Below are positions 13,616-27,314 of a stretch of DNA of 64,000 bases, one piece after another. The number at the start of each line of letters is the position of its first letter. The stretch's first letter is position 1. The stretch comes from Octopus sinensis. Lineage: Eukaryota. Position numbers and translations under genes: made by a program. The DNA is taken from NCBI RefSeq assembly GCF_006345805.1, contig NC_042998.1:73346001-73410000 (forward strand), in the 5' to 3' direction. A model generated the notes under the pieces. The model searched no databases, was not told the DNA's origin, and saw only the letters and a program-made list of their open reading frames with translations.

Positions 13616-14039
13616 CGCGCTAGTGCATGAATGTAAGTATGTATGTAAGTATTAGAGGGAGAAGAAAGAATGAAAGGGTGAAATGTAGATAGAGAGAGAG
13701 AGACAGGCAGACAGACAGATAGACAGACAGATAGAGAGAGAGATACATACATACATACATACATACATACATACATACATACATACATACATACATACGT
13801 ACATACATAGACAGACAGATAGATAGATCACTGAATTTCGCATACCTCCGTATACTTCCCTGCTCACTCAAAGTTAAGATAAGTGTGAAATTAGATACTT
13901 AATTGTGAGCTGAATCCTAATGATTTCTAATCAGATTTTCCCCACTATTAAATCGTTATATACATATATTTGTATGTATACATACATATATATATATATT
14001 ATATATATATATATATATATAATATAATATAAAGGGAAA

Positions 14040-14185
14040 ATAACAAAAGACGAAAGCAGGTGGAGTACAAACAAACAAATGTATTAGTATAGCGCTCAAG
14101 AATAGAAAAAGAAAGTCTTTTACGTTTCGAGCCTACGCTCTTCGACAGAAAGATACACAGAAAAAAAAACAAGGAGAGAAACAAG
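14040..14185 (-). mobile_element. Short PLE-pLTR-like repeat carrying a minimal hammerhead-like motif (related copy at 20680-20790, +)
   Basis: The minus strand CTGTCGAAGAGCGTAGGCTCGAAACGTAAAAGACT...CTAATACA...TTCGTCTTTTGT is similar to the plus strand at 20694-20788 (CTGTTGAAGAG...GAAACGTCAAAGACT...CTAATGCA...TTCGTCTTTTGT). Confidence 0.65.
14116..14153 (-). ncRNA. Candidate minimal type I hammerhead ribozyme (core variant CUGUCGA)
   Basis: UCUUU-CUGUCGA-A-GAGC(GUAG)GCUC-GAAAC-GUA-AAAGA: 5-bp helix I, 4-bp helix II and a palindromic ACGU helix III. A6 is replaced by U. Confidence 0.5.
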
Positions 14186-14187
14186 GA

Positions 14188-14198
14188 GATAGATAGAC

Positions 14199-14292
<94 letters not shown>
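14188..14292. repeat. (GATA)n microsatellite
   Basis: Read directly from the sequence. Confidence 0.98.
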
Positions 14293-14293
<1 letters not shown>

Positions 14294-14902
14294 ATATTTG
14301 TCTTGTTCTTTGGGGGTTTTGTATTTAATCGAGGCTTCCATATGATCCTAAATTAAAAAAAAGAATATTAAAAGATTATCTGTATAAGAAAGGTTTGTAC
14401 TAAACGAAACAAGAAGCTCAAAGCACGATACAATTTCACAGAAATTTCGATCTATCAACTTCTATTTCAATATACTTACTTGCTACAGTCTTTTCATTAT
14501 ATCATTTAAAATTCAATAGTTCCGGTTAGGGGGTTCTACAATATATATATTATTCTGCACTTGATTGAATAAAAACTTTATTTGGTCGACAGAAAAAAGA
14601 ACATTAATTTAATTTCTTCACTGTATTCAAAAGACACGAATATATCAATATAATTGTGTTGTGGAACTCATACTGCTATTATCTGATCAGAAGAACTTTT
14701 ATTGAATATTTTTTATTCAAGATTCCTTCATAATGTTTATAGGTATAGACAGGAACATACATCGATACGTATACATATATATATATATATATATGTGTAT
14801 TTACAAATGTGTGCGTATATACATACTTATATACATACATATATGCATACATTCGCATGCACACATGTATATATATACACATATAAATATATATATGTAC
14901 AC

Positions 14903-14959
<57 letters not shown>

Positions 14960-15051
14960 ACAATGTAATTCGTTACCACAATGAGTCATTGTATTCGACA
15001 TACATAAATGTCGTTTGCATGTGCATATGTCGACGCACATATGTCATATAT

Positions 15052-15085
<34 letters not shown>

Positions 15086-15188
15086 ATTGTATATATACAT
15101 ATATATATGTATATATGTATATATACATATATGCATAAATACATATATATATACTATATATATATATATGTATATATATATGTAAATA

Positions 15189-15289
<101 letters not shown>

Positions 15290-17110
15290 TATGCAATATT
15301 TGTATCATTGTATCACAATCTTGTACCTCGTGGCAGAATAATATTATAGATTGTAAAAACTGACAGTAATCATCCTAATTTCTTCGTTGAAATTTGCCAA
15401 AGAAAAGAATGGTAAAAACATCAAAACTGTCAGTTTCTTTTATTGCTCTTTCTCTTTTTTTTTTTTGAGAAAAGCAGAAGATGATAATCTACAAAATATG
15501 ACATCGAGACAAATGAATGTAGATTTTCAATGATTATTATCGTTGTAAATGTTCTGGTTGTAAAGCATTAACAGAGAATGACAATTTTCTATGAGCATTT
15601 AAACCATTTTCTGACTTTCTTTTCTTTCTTTCACTCTTTGTAGTAGGCATTTGGGAAGACTTTTTTCAAATATTAAAACCAGTTAGTAATAATATTGCAT
15701 TGGACATCAATACCAAAGCGTAGACAATTGATAAGAAGTGCACCAAATTTACGAACTGATGCCAAAATTCTGACAGTCTATGGCAATATTCAGATCTGTA
15801 GACAACAATTTGAATGGTTTCAATAAAACGATTTAACGAATTCTTTTACGTTACAGCTCAAAAATGTATTATGATAGTTTCATTTATTTGTCTATTCCAA
15901 AACATCTTGTAACAACAAGATCACATTAAATCAGTCATAAGTAATTAAGTTCAAATCGTTTGGTTGCACACATTTCAAGTTATCAACATTGCTGTAATTA
16001 TATATACTGTACAAGTAGTATTATATATTATACCAAAAATTACAAACTCAGTAGTGAATGACTAAAACATTGATGCAGCTAACAGAGTATATCTATGAGA
16101 GTATTATCAATTTGTTTATTTTGTTTTTTGGGGTGTTTTTTATCAGGTCGCGAGGGTGCGATTCAACGCAAATTTGTCTGTTATCTCTAACAACTTTAGC
16201 GCCTGCAATTGTTTGCTTTTGGCTCAATATATAATAAAAATGTGTGTGAGTGTGTATCTGTGTGTGCATATTTGTGTTGGTGATTATGAATATCAGGGCA
16301 TGTACATGTATGTAAATATATCTACATATATGAGCGCATATACACATTTTTACATGAATATATGTATATGCATGTGCGTGTATGTGTAAAAATGGATAAA
16401 TGAGTGTGTATGTGTGTATGTGTGTGTATACAAACATTCAGGCAAAAGCAAGACCGTCGCTTCCTATGAACATATAATGAACATAACGAGATGTTACCCT
16501 AGTAATCTTCACGTTCACTACAGCAATTTGGTACTGAGCGTGATCAATGACGTTAAGAATTCATACACTCCTAAAATGTAAAATATTTTTTCCCAGTAGC
16601 AGCAACACTTTCAAGATAATCATCCGAATTCATTACTTCAAGCATCGCAAAGTTCCCAGTTTCCAGTATCCAAAATTTCCAAGCGATCCTTCGGGTCCAT
16701 TACCACAATTATATGTAGCAATTGTGAGGAACACGGCCACAATTTGTCGACCACGGTGGCATTGTACCACAGAGAAATTTCTTTTGTTTTTGCTGCCTTT
16801 TTTATATATTCTACCGAACAATGCAAATACTATGTAAAACTTATCTGAAACTTTTTCTTTTCACTCCACGAAACTGACCATCATGGAAGCATAGATGCCA
16901 AGTGTGAAACGAAAGCATTAATCGTTTTTAGTCAATGACGCGTTCCTTCCATTTACAATCAATTAACTGGACACAAAGCCGGAATATATATATACTTCAA
17001 ATATATATATACGGTGCCCCAGCATGGCCACAGTCTAATTACTAAAATAAATAAAAGGTAAAAAATACACACACACACACAAACACACACATATATACAT
17101 ATACATATAT

Positions 17111-17142
<32 letters not shown>

Positions 17143-17157
17143 ATATATATATATATA

Positions 17158-18551
<1,394 letters not shown>

Positions 18552-18649
18552 TATATATATATCCTGATCTTTGGAAAATATTACATCGAGTCATATTCGA
18601 ATTATCCATTCTATTGTAAGTATACAATGTCTGAAATTCTATAGGATGT

Positions 18650-18826
18650 GGAGAAATCGATTACATTAACCACCCCAGTACTCAACCTATACTTATTTAA
18701 TCGACCACGATAAAATGAAAGACAAAATCGACCTCGGCAGAATTTGAACTCAGATTATTATTTGTCGACAAATGCCACTAAGTCTTTTGTCCGACATCCT
18801 AACGATTTTACCACTTCATCGCCTTG
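18650..18826 (-). mobile_element. SINE family B
   Basis: CCCCAGTA...ACTTATTTAATCGAC...AAAATCGACCTCGGCAGAATTTGAACTCAGA matches the other family B copies. Confidence 0.8.
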
Positions 18827-18869
18827 CATACTGTTCTTAATATCGACTCATGGCTAACAAGCATCAGTG

Positions 18870-19042
18870 AGCGGGTTAGTCGACTGCATCGTCCTTAGTA
18901 TACAAATGATGCTTCTTTTATTGACACCTAAAGGATAAAAAGCAAAGTCTACCTCGGCAGAATTTGAACTAAGAATGTAATGAAGGGCGAAATACCGTTA
19001 AGAAATTTTTGTCCAGCGTGGTAGCAATTCTGCGATCTCGCT
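18870..19042 (-). mobile_element. SINE family B (tandem with 18650-18826)
   Basis: AAGGATAAAAAGCAAAGTCTACCTCGGCAGAATTTGAACT.AGAATGTAA...GAAATACCG. Confidence 0.8.
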
Positions 19043-20330
19043 TTCTTGAGCCCCGTGCTTAATAATATAATCCATTTCAGCTAGCCAGCTATCGACCTAT
19101 CGTTTTCACTACAAACTACCGATGGTGTGTAGAAATGGTTTACAGCTTCAGGAGATGCTTTTGACGGTCACTTAGATCAAAGATGTCCAAACTGCCATGT
19201 TCATTACAAAATATCTTTCTAGCTTCAATTGATACATCTTTCAAAGAGAAACTGCTACCTATCGAATGATGCATCACCTTGTGGCTGACCAATGATCGTG
19301 ACGTCAGTTTGTTGATAAATATCACCTAGCTGAAAGGCACAATTTTTTTCTTTTTCAAATCAAAACACCTCTAAAGAGTAATATTGCTAAAACAAAAAAA
19401 TAAAGAAAATATCACAAGGGAAAGGTATAAGTATCGCAGAATCACTTTTACCTCCCGCAACAACCTGCATAGATATAATAATCAATCAAAAGAAACATAT
19501 TTGCTGTTATTTGTCAAAGATATTCTAGTTATTATTGATGATAGAGAAGAATTGATAGATTGGTTTACTAAACAGAAATCAAATATGACTTGTTTATGTA
19601 TTCATCTATCTATTTATTTATCGATCTATCGATGAGTATGTGCGTCTCTATATTTGTATACATACATACATACATAATACATACATACGTACATACATAC
19701 ATATATACATACACACATACATGCGTGCGTGCATGCATACACGGAGAAATAGCAATGTTGACATGTGCTGAGACTTTCACCGAAATCTCATCTGTCATGA
19801 TACAAACACATTCACACACAAACATACAACACACAAATTCACACACACGCACATACACACACATGTACACACTGATGCACACACACACACACAGCGTCAT
19901 CTCGAAGGATATTTGGTGAATACTTATATCTATCATTGAGAATATTTAATGATGCAGAAGATTTATAGTTCAATTTACACATAAGACTATATTTTCATTT
20001 CGTTCGTAGACAATGAAGCCAGGGAGGATAATATACGCATGAATGAATTGATATATCTCTAGATATGTGTGTATGCTTGTGTGTGCGTATATGTGTGTCT
20101 GTGTGTGTGTGTAGTCGATTACAAGTTGGCAATTAATGTATACGCATCTTGAAGAACGGATATAATTAATAGTTTTACTGCGAAAAAGTAATTTGCGATG
20201 TAAAAAAGCCCAACAGATATAATCCACGATTTACGTTAATTTTGGTTACAATGTATTGACATACATATGTATGTGTGCGTGTGTGTTCGTATATCTGTAT
20301 GCATATATATATATGTATTTCTTTACTACC

Positions 20331-20533
20331 CACAAGGGGCTAAACACAGAGAGGCCAAACAAACGGATTAAGTCGATTATATCGACCCCAGTGCGTAACT
20401 GGTACTTATTTAATCGACCCCGAAAGGATAAAAGGTAAAGTCGACCTCGACGGAATTTGAACTCACAACGTAGCGGCAGACGAAATACGGCTACGCATTT
20501 CGCCCGGCATGCTAACGTCTCTGCCAGCTCGCT
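20331..20533 (-). mobile_element. tRNA-derived SINE, family B (best-preserved copy)
   Basis: Minus strand GCGAGCTGGCAGAGACGTTAGCATGCCGGGCGAAATGC...GAGTTCAAATTCC (B-box-like)...GAGGTCGACTTT...GGGGTCGATTAAATAAGTACCAG...CACTGGGGTCGATATAATCGACTT. Confidence 0.85.
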
Positions 20534-20577
<44 letters not shown>

Positions 20578-20679
20578 CTCTCCCTTTCATTGAACCTCTT
20601 TCTTCTAAACATTTCATCATGTTGAAGCGTTAATCCCTTCACATACATTTTCCCTTTCCGCTTTTATCCTTCTTAATCA

Positions 20680-20790
20680 TTTCTGTTGAAGAGGATAACA
20701 TTGAAACGTCAAAGACTCCACCATTCTTCCCGAGCATTAAACTAATGCACCTTCTTGTTTCCCTTTGACTTGTCTTCGTCTTTTGTTTTC
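20680..20790 (+). repeat. Degenerate copy of the 14040-14185 pLTR-like repeat
   Basis: CTGTTGAAGAGGATAACATTGAAACGTCAAAGACT...CCCGAGCATTAAACTAATGCA...TCTTCGTCTTTTGTTTTC; helix II is decayed. Confidence 0.6.
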
Positions 20791-20833
20791 TGTAAATATA
20801 TATATATTATATATATATTATATATATTATATA

Positions 20834-20897
<64 letters not shown>

Positions 20898-21105
20898 TAT
20901 ATACACGTAAATGTCGAATGATAAAAACGAGTATTTTGGAAGGCACCAAACAGAGGCGAAGACCCTTTCTCCACGTGTTTGGCTTGAAAAATAGTTAAGA
21001 CACAGGGATATTTTACTACTTTTCTTAACATGAAACCAACAGTAACCTTAATTCACAAATAAAGAAATTTTATATATACATACATATTTACACGTGTATT
21101 TATAC

Positions 21106-21172
<67 letters not shown>

Positions 21173-21249
21173 TATATATAATATATATATATATATTATA
21201 TATATATATATGTAAATATGTTTAAGTATGTAGTATATATTTTAATCAT

Positions 21250-21563
21250 TTACTTATTTCAGTCATTTGACTAGCGACATGCTACAGAACCGGTTTCAAG
21301 GGATTTAGTCGAACCGCTAAGTTACGTGACGTAAACACACCAATATCGGTTCTGAAGCGACGTGGGAGAAAAAAACAGCCACCAAGAAACACACATAAAT
21401 ATATACGACGGGACTCTTTCAGTTTCCGTTCACCGACATCCCCTTATAAGTCTTTGGTCAGCTATAGTAGAAGACACTTGTCCAAGGTGCCACGCAGTGA
21501 GACTGAACCCGAAGCCATGCGGTTGGGAGGCAAGCTTCTTACCGCACAGTCACGTCTGCGCAT
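21250..21563 (-). mobile_element. SINE family A
   Basis: TTTCAGTCATTTGACT at the 3' end; GCTATAGTAGAAGACACTTGTCCAAGGTGCCACGCAGTGAGACTGAACCCG...TTACCGCACAGTCACG head. Confidence 0.85.
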
Positions 21564-21578
21564 ATACACACACTCGTA

Positions 21579-21609
<31 letters not shown>

Positions 21610-22008
21610 CCGGAGTAAACACATAAATGTGAAACAAGGTGGAAAAAAAGAGTACTCAAATACCAGGGGTAGAGTAATATGCTGTATTTAAAAGCAGCAG
21701 AAATTCAACAAAACCTGTTACTCGGAGTTTCATGTCCCCGTTCGTCGGACAGTTTTGTTAAAATAGAACCGATATCACAATTCTATCGAGACTAGTATAA
21801 ACATTACACCTTTAAAAAAACGGACTTGCTTGATTGGTCCTTTCAAATAGCGAGCGATAAATGTATGTATGTTTATCGCTCGCATATGACCGTTATTTGA
21901 AAGGACCAATCAAGCAAGTCCATTTTTTAAAGTTGTAACGTTTATACTAGTCTTGATAGAATTGTCATCTCGGTTCTATTTTAACAAAACTGTCCGACGA
22001 ACGGGGAC
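21610..22008. mobile_element. PLE-pLTR-like repeat in tail-to-tail (fold-back) arrangement with a hammerhead-like motif
   Basis: Inverted arms 21734-21861 and 21872-22008 surround a 10-nt loop (TGTATGTATG). The hammerhead-like motif is on the minus strand at 21709-21757. Confidence 0.7.
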
Positions 22009-22020
22009 TTTTAAATAAAG

Positions 22021-22056
<36 letters not shown>

Positions 22057-22098
22057 GTGTATTGACCTATATATACATACATATTTACACGTGTATTT

Positions 22099-22145
<47 letters not shown>

Positions 22146-22672
22146 ATGATGTGCACGAAAAATATATTAATTAGACGCTCTGTGAAGGAAGAGAGTTACT
22201 GTTAAATTTTTGAGCATAGCTCTTCGTCGGAAACAGGCAAGTCTAAAGAGAAAGGATAAATAAAGAAACATCGCAAAGAGTACACGCGCGTATATTCGCT
22301 TGTGCGTAAACATATATTTGCATACGTATGTGTGTATGCTATTATATGTATCTTTATGTATGTTTTTTATATATAGGATAACATTTTTCGGAAAAAATGG
22401 CCAGCATATCAAAAAATACTTTTAAAGATTAAATTTATAAACAACTTATAAACAAGGGCAAAAGAAAAAAAATTCTAATGCCCATTATGCCGAAACTAGA
22501 CACCTCGTCAATAACCATATAATTCAACACCATAAGTACGCGTCTCGAAGAATGCCGACAGAAATTTCTAAAAAATTCCGTTATTATCATATCGGACCCG
22601 ATTTCATAGTTAATTCATAAGAACCTTCTCTATATATAAGTTGTATATATATATATTATATATATATATATA

Positions 22673-22722
<50 letters not shown>

Positions 22723-22943
22723 AAGTACGGGGGCTGAGTTTACAGATTATCTAAACGATTACGTACTCTAGGTAAGTGTGGTAACGGATTACTAGTGCTT
22801 CAAGGTTATAGCCGAGACGTTTATTATAGAGTCATTGCAGATTTCCGATGCAGCGGATATATAATTGTTAAACAAGACAGCAAACATTAAGGCAAGACAA
22901 ACATCTCAAGTCGTGTACAATACTATTATTGAAAAAAATCAAA

Positions 22944-22998
22944 GTCTTTGAGCTGTTTCTGGGATACTCCGAGTATGGGATATTCCATCATCAGAGAC
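22944..22998 (-). ncRNA. Hammerhead-like motif with a mutated cleavage triplet (probably inactive)
   Basis: GUCU-CUGAUGA-UGGAAUA...UAUCCCA-GAAAC-AGCU-CAA-AGAC: intact core, helix I GUCU/AGAC and palindromic AGCU, but CAA where GUH is required. Confidence 0.5.
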
Positions 22999-23898
22999 AA
23001 ATAGGAAAAAATAGCGAAAATGAGAATGGTATATATTAATGAGTTGACGACATAGGGGAAGAGAGTAAAAGAATAAGGAGATGGAAAGAAAGACGAAAAA
23101 GAAGGATAGCATTCAACTTTCCGAAGTTATAGAAACCAGTGCACGAGTCCTTAGGTGCAATCCTGCGTAGATCAACAGGGACTTATGCTCATGTGAGGAA
23201 ATGTATGCTCTTGTGGGGAAATGTACCCACTTGTATTTGTAAGTGCATTTGTGTGCGTGTTGTCACAATGCAAATAACCCAAAATCATCCTTTCTGGTTC
23301 CAAACCACAAATCATCTATCCCTATTCATGCCAACATGACATTCAGACATTATTGGTCCATCCTATTACGAGTTCTGTTAGATAAGATTAGTAGAACAGA
23401 GTTATTCACAGGACTAAAATCCAGCTTCAAAACCGCCAGCCGTTTTTGAAGTGATCATTCCTTTGAGATTAAGTCGATTTTGAATATTAACCGACACTTA
23501 CGTATACGAACATCATGCAGATGTAACCATGGAACACTTTGCTTTGACAATTCTAGTGTTAGAGATATAGCAAAAAAGATTGTTAACTGAACTGTTGCCC
23601 TGAACAGTAATATGTCATCGCTGAAGTGTAAGTTGGTCTACTCACACGCACACATACACATGGATGCAGTCAATTGCACCGATATTTCCCGTCATTCTAT
23701 TTGACAGTTTGCTCTTCTTTATATATATGATAGTTTTCTTGTTTCTCTTTCTTTCTTTCCTTCTTTCTTTTTCGTTGGTCCTAAGTATGTGGCATTGGCT
23801 TTTGGTTCATTTCGTTCAGAAGTCTTACATCAGACACAAACGCACACATGTGTAATATATGAGTGTCTGTGAGTGCGTATGTGCGTCTGTATGTATAA

Positions 23899-23961
<63 letters not shown>

Positions 23962-24689
23962 TGCGTGTATATGTGCATATTAACATATTGTACACGTATG
24001 TATATTTAAGTAAAAGCAAATACATGTGTTTACTTGCGCGAACAATTTATTTTCCTTAGTAATATCATGATTTATGACTTTCTGCCAACTAGCCTGCAAC
24101 ACTATGAAATATGTAGCTCTGTCATAGTTTATAACATGCAGCAAATATTCAGCCTTTTCAAAATAGTAACCAAAAATAAAATACAACAGCTTTAACAAAC
24201 CATCTGGCAGCTCGGATTGTATCAGATGCAGTGTTAATGAAGATAGCTTTTTCTTCAGATTTCATCGATTATGTTCCCATTTAGAAGTTACCTTCCTCCT
24301 CCGCCTCAACTATTTTTGGAAGCCATGTAACAGGTGATGGGCATTATCTTTATTCCTGCCTAAATATTGCTTAATATGTGTTTCACTTCAGTTTCTATAA
24401 AATGTTAAGTCTGTGATTTTGCAATTTCTTTTAAGAGATTGCTACGACCAAAGATGCAGAATACTGGACATCAAGCAAGGCTTAGGCCTTTTATTTAGTG
24501 AGCAGGGGCATTTACAGTGATCGTGAGGCTGTAACTGCAAGATTTGCGGAATTGGAGCGGAACTTATACTTACATCTAGGTCTGGCCAAATTTTGGTAGA
24601 AGTATGGGCTATGCTAAAGAAAACCAAGGAGCTGTTGAGGAATTAAACTGGGCGACAGATTAAGTCTACTATATGACAGCATGGAGCAT

Positions 24690-24842
24690 CCAACAGGTTT
24701 TTACATAGACTTCATCTACTGAATTTCACACACGAATTATTGATCGAACCAAAGCTATAGTAGATTGCTCAAGGCGTCACACAGTATGAACCCAAAACGA
24801 AATAATTGAAAAACAAATATAACTACACAACCACATCTGCAC
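24690..24842 (-). mobile_element. SINE family A, highly decayed 5' half
   Basis: CATCTACTGAATTTCAC...GCTATAGTAGA...CAAGGCGTCACACAGTA.TGAACCC...ACTACACAACCACATCTGCAC. Confidence 0.55.
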
Positions 24843-27281
24843 GTATTTAGGTATAGCCAAGTGTAGTGCATACTTCTTGTATCGCAACTACAGAGTGTAG
24901 CTGTTCATTATTGTAAACAGTAATGGCGTTGTAAGAATAACGAATATTTTATATACTGATTATCTAGTATTCAGGTCCTCGTATCTTTTAAGGATTATAG
25001 AACCACTTATGGAGTAGCTTGGATTCAGCTGGCTCTATTATCTCCTGTTCAGGTTGAATAGATTTACTTTAATGTCGTCTGTTTATGCTTGTATTATTTC
25101 ACGTTGTGGCGAACGTTTATTCAGAATATATTCATAAGGAGTGTGAGTCATCTCAGCAACAACTGATATAATATATCGGCTGATTATTTATTTTTTACAT
25201 GTACTTGTCTTGACACATACACAAGCGCGCGTGCGTGCATACACACATGTACACACAAGCTCATAAATGCTCAATCATTGAATTATTCTAAATAATTGTC
25301 TTCCTTTAACTGCCTGTTTATTTCAATGGTTTAGATATACGTGCATCCTTAACAGTAGAAATAAATCAATATCAGAGTCATGTGGCCCTAATATTGATTT
25401 CTCACGTAGGCAAAAGTTCACAAACTCGTGAGATGTGCACATATGATTAAATCAATCACAATAGATGAAGGCTACTTTCTTTTATCGACTTGAAAGGGTG
25501 GAAGATACTATTTATATCAGCAGATTTGGGTCCGAGAACGTAACATAAATCTACCTCAAGACTACACAATCGGAGGGGTCTGAGCTTATCCGGATTTTCA
25601 AGTGTTAATGATGAAGATAACGAACTCTTCCCCTGGGACGAGTTACGAGTCTATCGCGAAGTTAAACTTCAGTACTGGTACTTATTTTAAATTAAGAGTA
25701 CTGTGATGCGTGAAATAGTGAATCCCTGTTCTTACAATTGTGAGCCGAACATCCTAACTACAATACCAGTAGCCTTCACTGAAGAGGTTAAGATCCGTAA
25801 TTAAATGTCCAACGTTTCTGTCAAACAAGCACAACTGTTTTATCACTGATAAGGGCATAACAGCTTATAAAGCATGCTATCACAACTACTGTTAACTTTA
25901 CGTTGGGTTTTAGAGCAATATGTACCACAGTTCTACAATTCACTTACTTGATTCCTATATACACTTCATAATTCTCTCCTCTGACTATTCGGAAATGGGT
26001 GTGACTTGAAACTGTTGGATACAATGAAATATGAGCTTAGAAAGGATTCGGAGTTGTATAGAATTTTCTTTACTTTATCATTAATGTCTCAAAACGGACA
26101 ATAAAATATTTATATTTCCAGTAATATAAATACGTTCTTTATTTGTTGTACTGCCTGATGAAGGCATTAATATTCATTATGATGATCAGTTATATAGATT
26201 TAGTTTAGCAACAAAAATTAATATTTAGTATGATAGAAACATTAAATCCCATAAACTAAGGAAGTTGTTTCATATGAAAGCCTAACTGCATAGAATTGTT
26301 GCGCCAATATTGATATTTCTAATATGGATAAGTTTCCTTTAGGGATTTATTTAAACAAACTTTTCTTTGCCTTTGAATCGCTCTAATATTTTTAAGACCA
26401 TGTTTTAAAAATGTGGTTATTTTGCCATTTTCCCTTGTATTATATTCGGAACACTTCGCAAAAAAGCCTTTGTTAAAATAAATTCGTCTATCAAACCGTA
26501 AATATCAATTCAGCACTGAAGTGTTAATTGAAGAAATATTTCCCTCGGTGGCATAGATACAAATACCACAAGTAGAACAAAAGAAATCATAAAATTGAAT
26601 TGACCTTATAAAACGCCTAACAGTCATTAATTTATACATTATATACGTTACATTAAATCAAAGCTCTTTGCTATTTCAAGGGTTAATTGCTTTTAAAATT
26701 AATAGCTACTTTTTAAAGTATTTAATACTTTTTTCCATTGGTACCCACTTAAAATCATTATTTTTTCGCTTGTCACGTGATAATCCGATTGTAACTTCTG
26801 AAAGGTGCTCGAACCTAAATGCGATAAGCCATTTAGATTGCAACAAGTTTTTATGCCAAGTGCTCTCATCTATTTGGACACTTCTTATCAGACACTTGAA
26901 GGACAGCAAAAATTCTAGAATTTGTTAGTCTCATTAATCAATAAATGAATTTCCACAACACTACAACATTATACAGGCATCGTAGCTCCAGGAAACGTCT
27001 GTGTGCAAATTTATCGTAATCTTAAATAATACATACATATATCTGTGTGTGTGTGCGTGTGCATTTGTGAGTGTGTATATACGTATGTGTGTGTTTCACG
27101 TGTGTGTGCGTGTATGCGTGTGTGAGTGTATGTATGTGAGCACATATATGAATATGTATACATGCATATAAATGTACACACATATACATGCATAATCATT
27201 TTGTATCTTCATGTGGACATACACACATAACATATATATATATGTGTGTGTATATATATATATATGTATATATACACACGG

Positions 27282-27314
<33 letters not shown>

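Noticed and set aside
23139-23449. Cys-rich short ORFs resembling a PLE linker (CACCH...HANMT)
   Set aside because: No GIY or YIG motif or RT context is recognisable; the similarity is too weak.
26150-26200. CCTGATGAAGGC (and similar half-cores at about 8570, 35920 and 51168)
   Set aside because: Only the 5' half of the core is present, with no helix II closure or GAAA.
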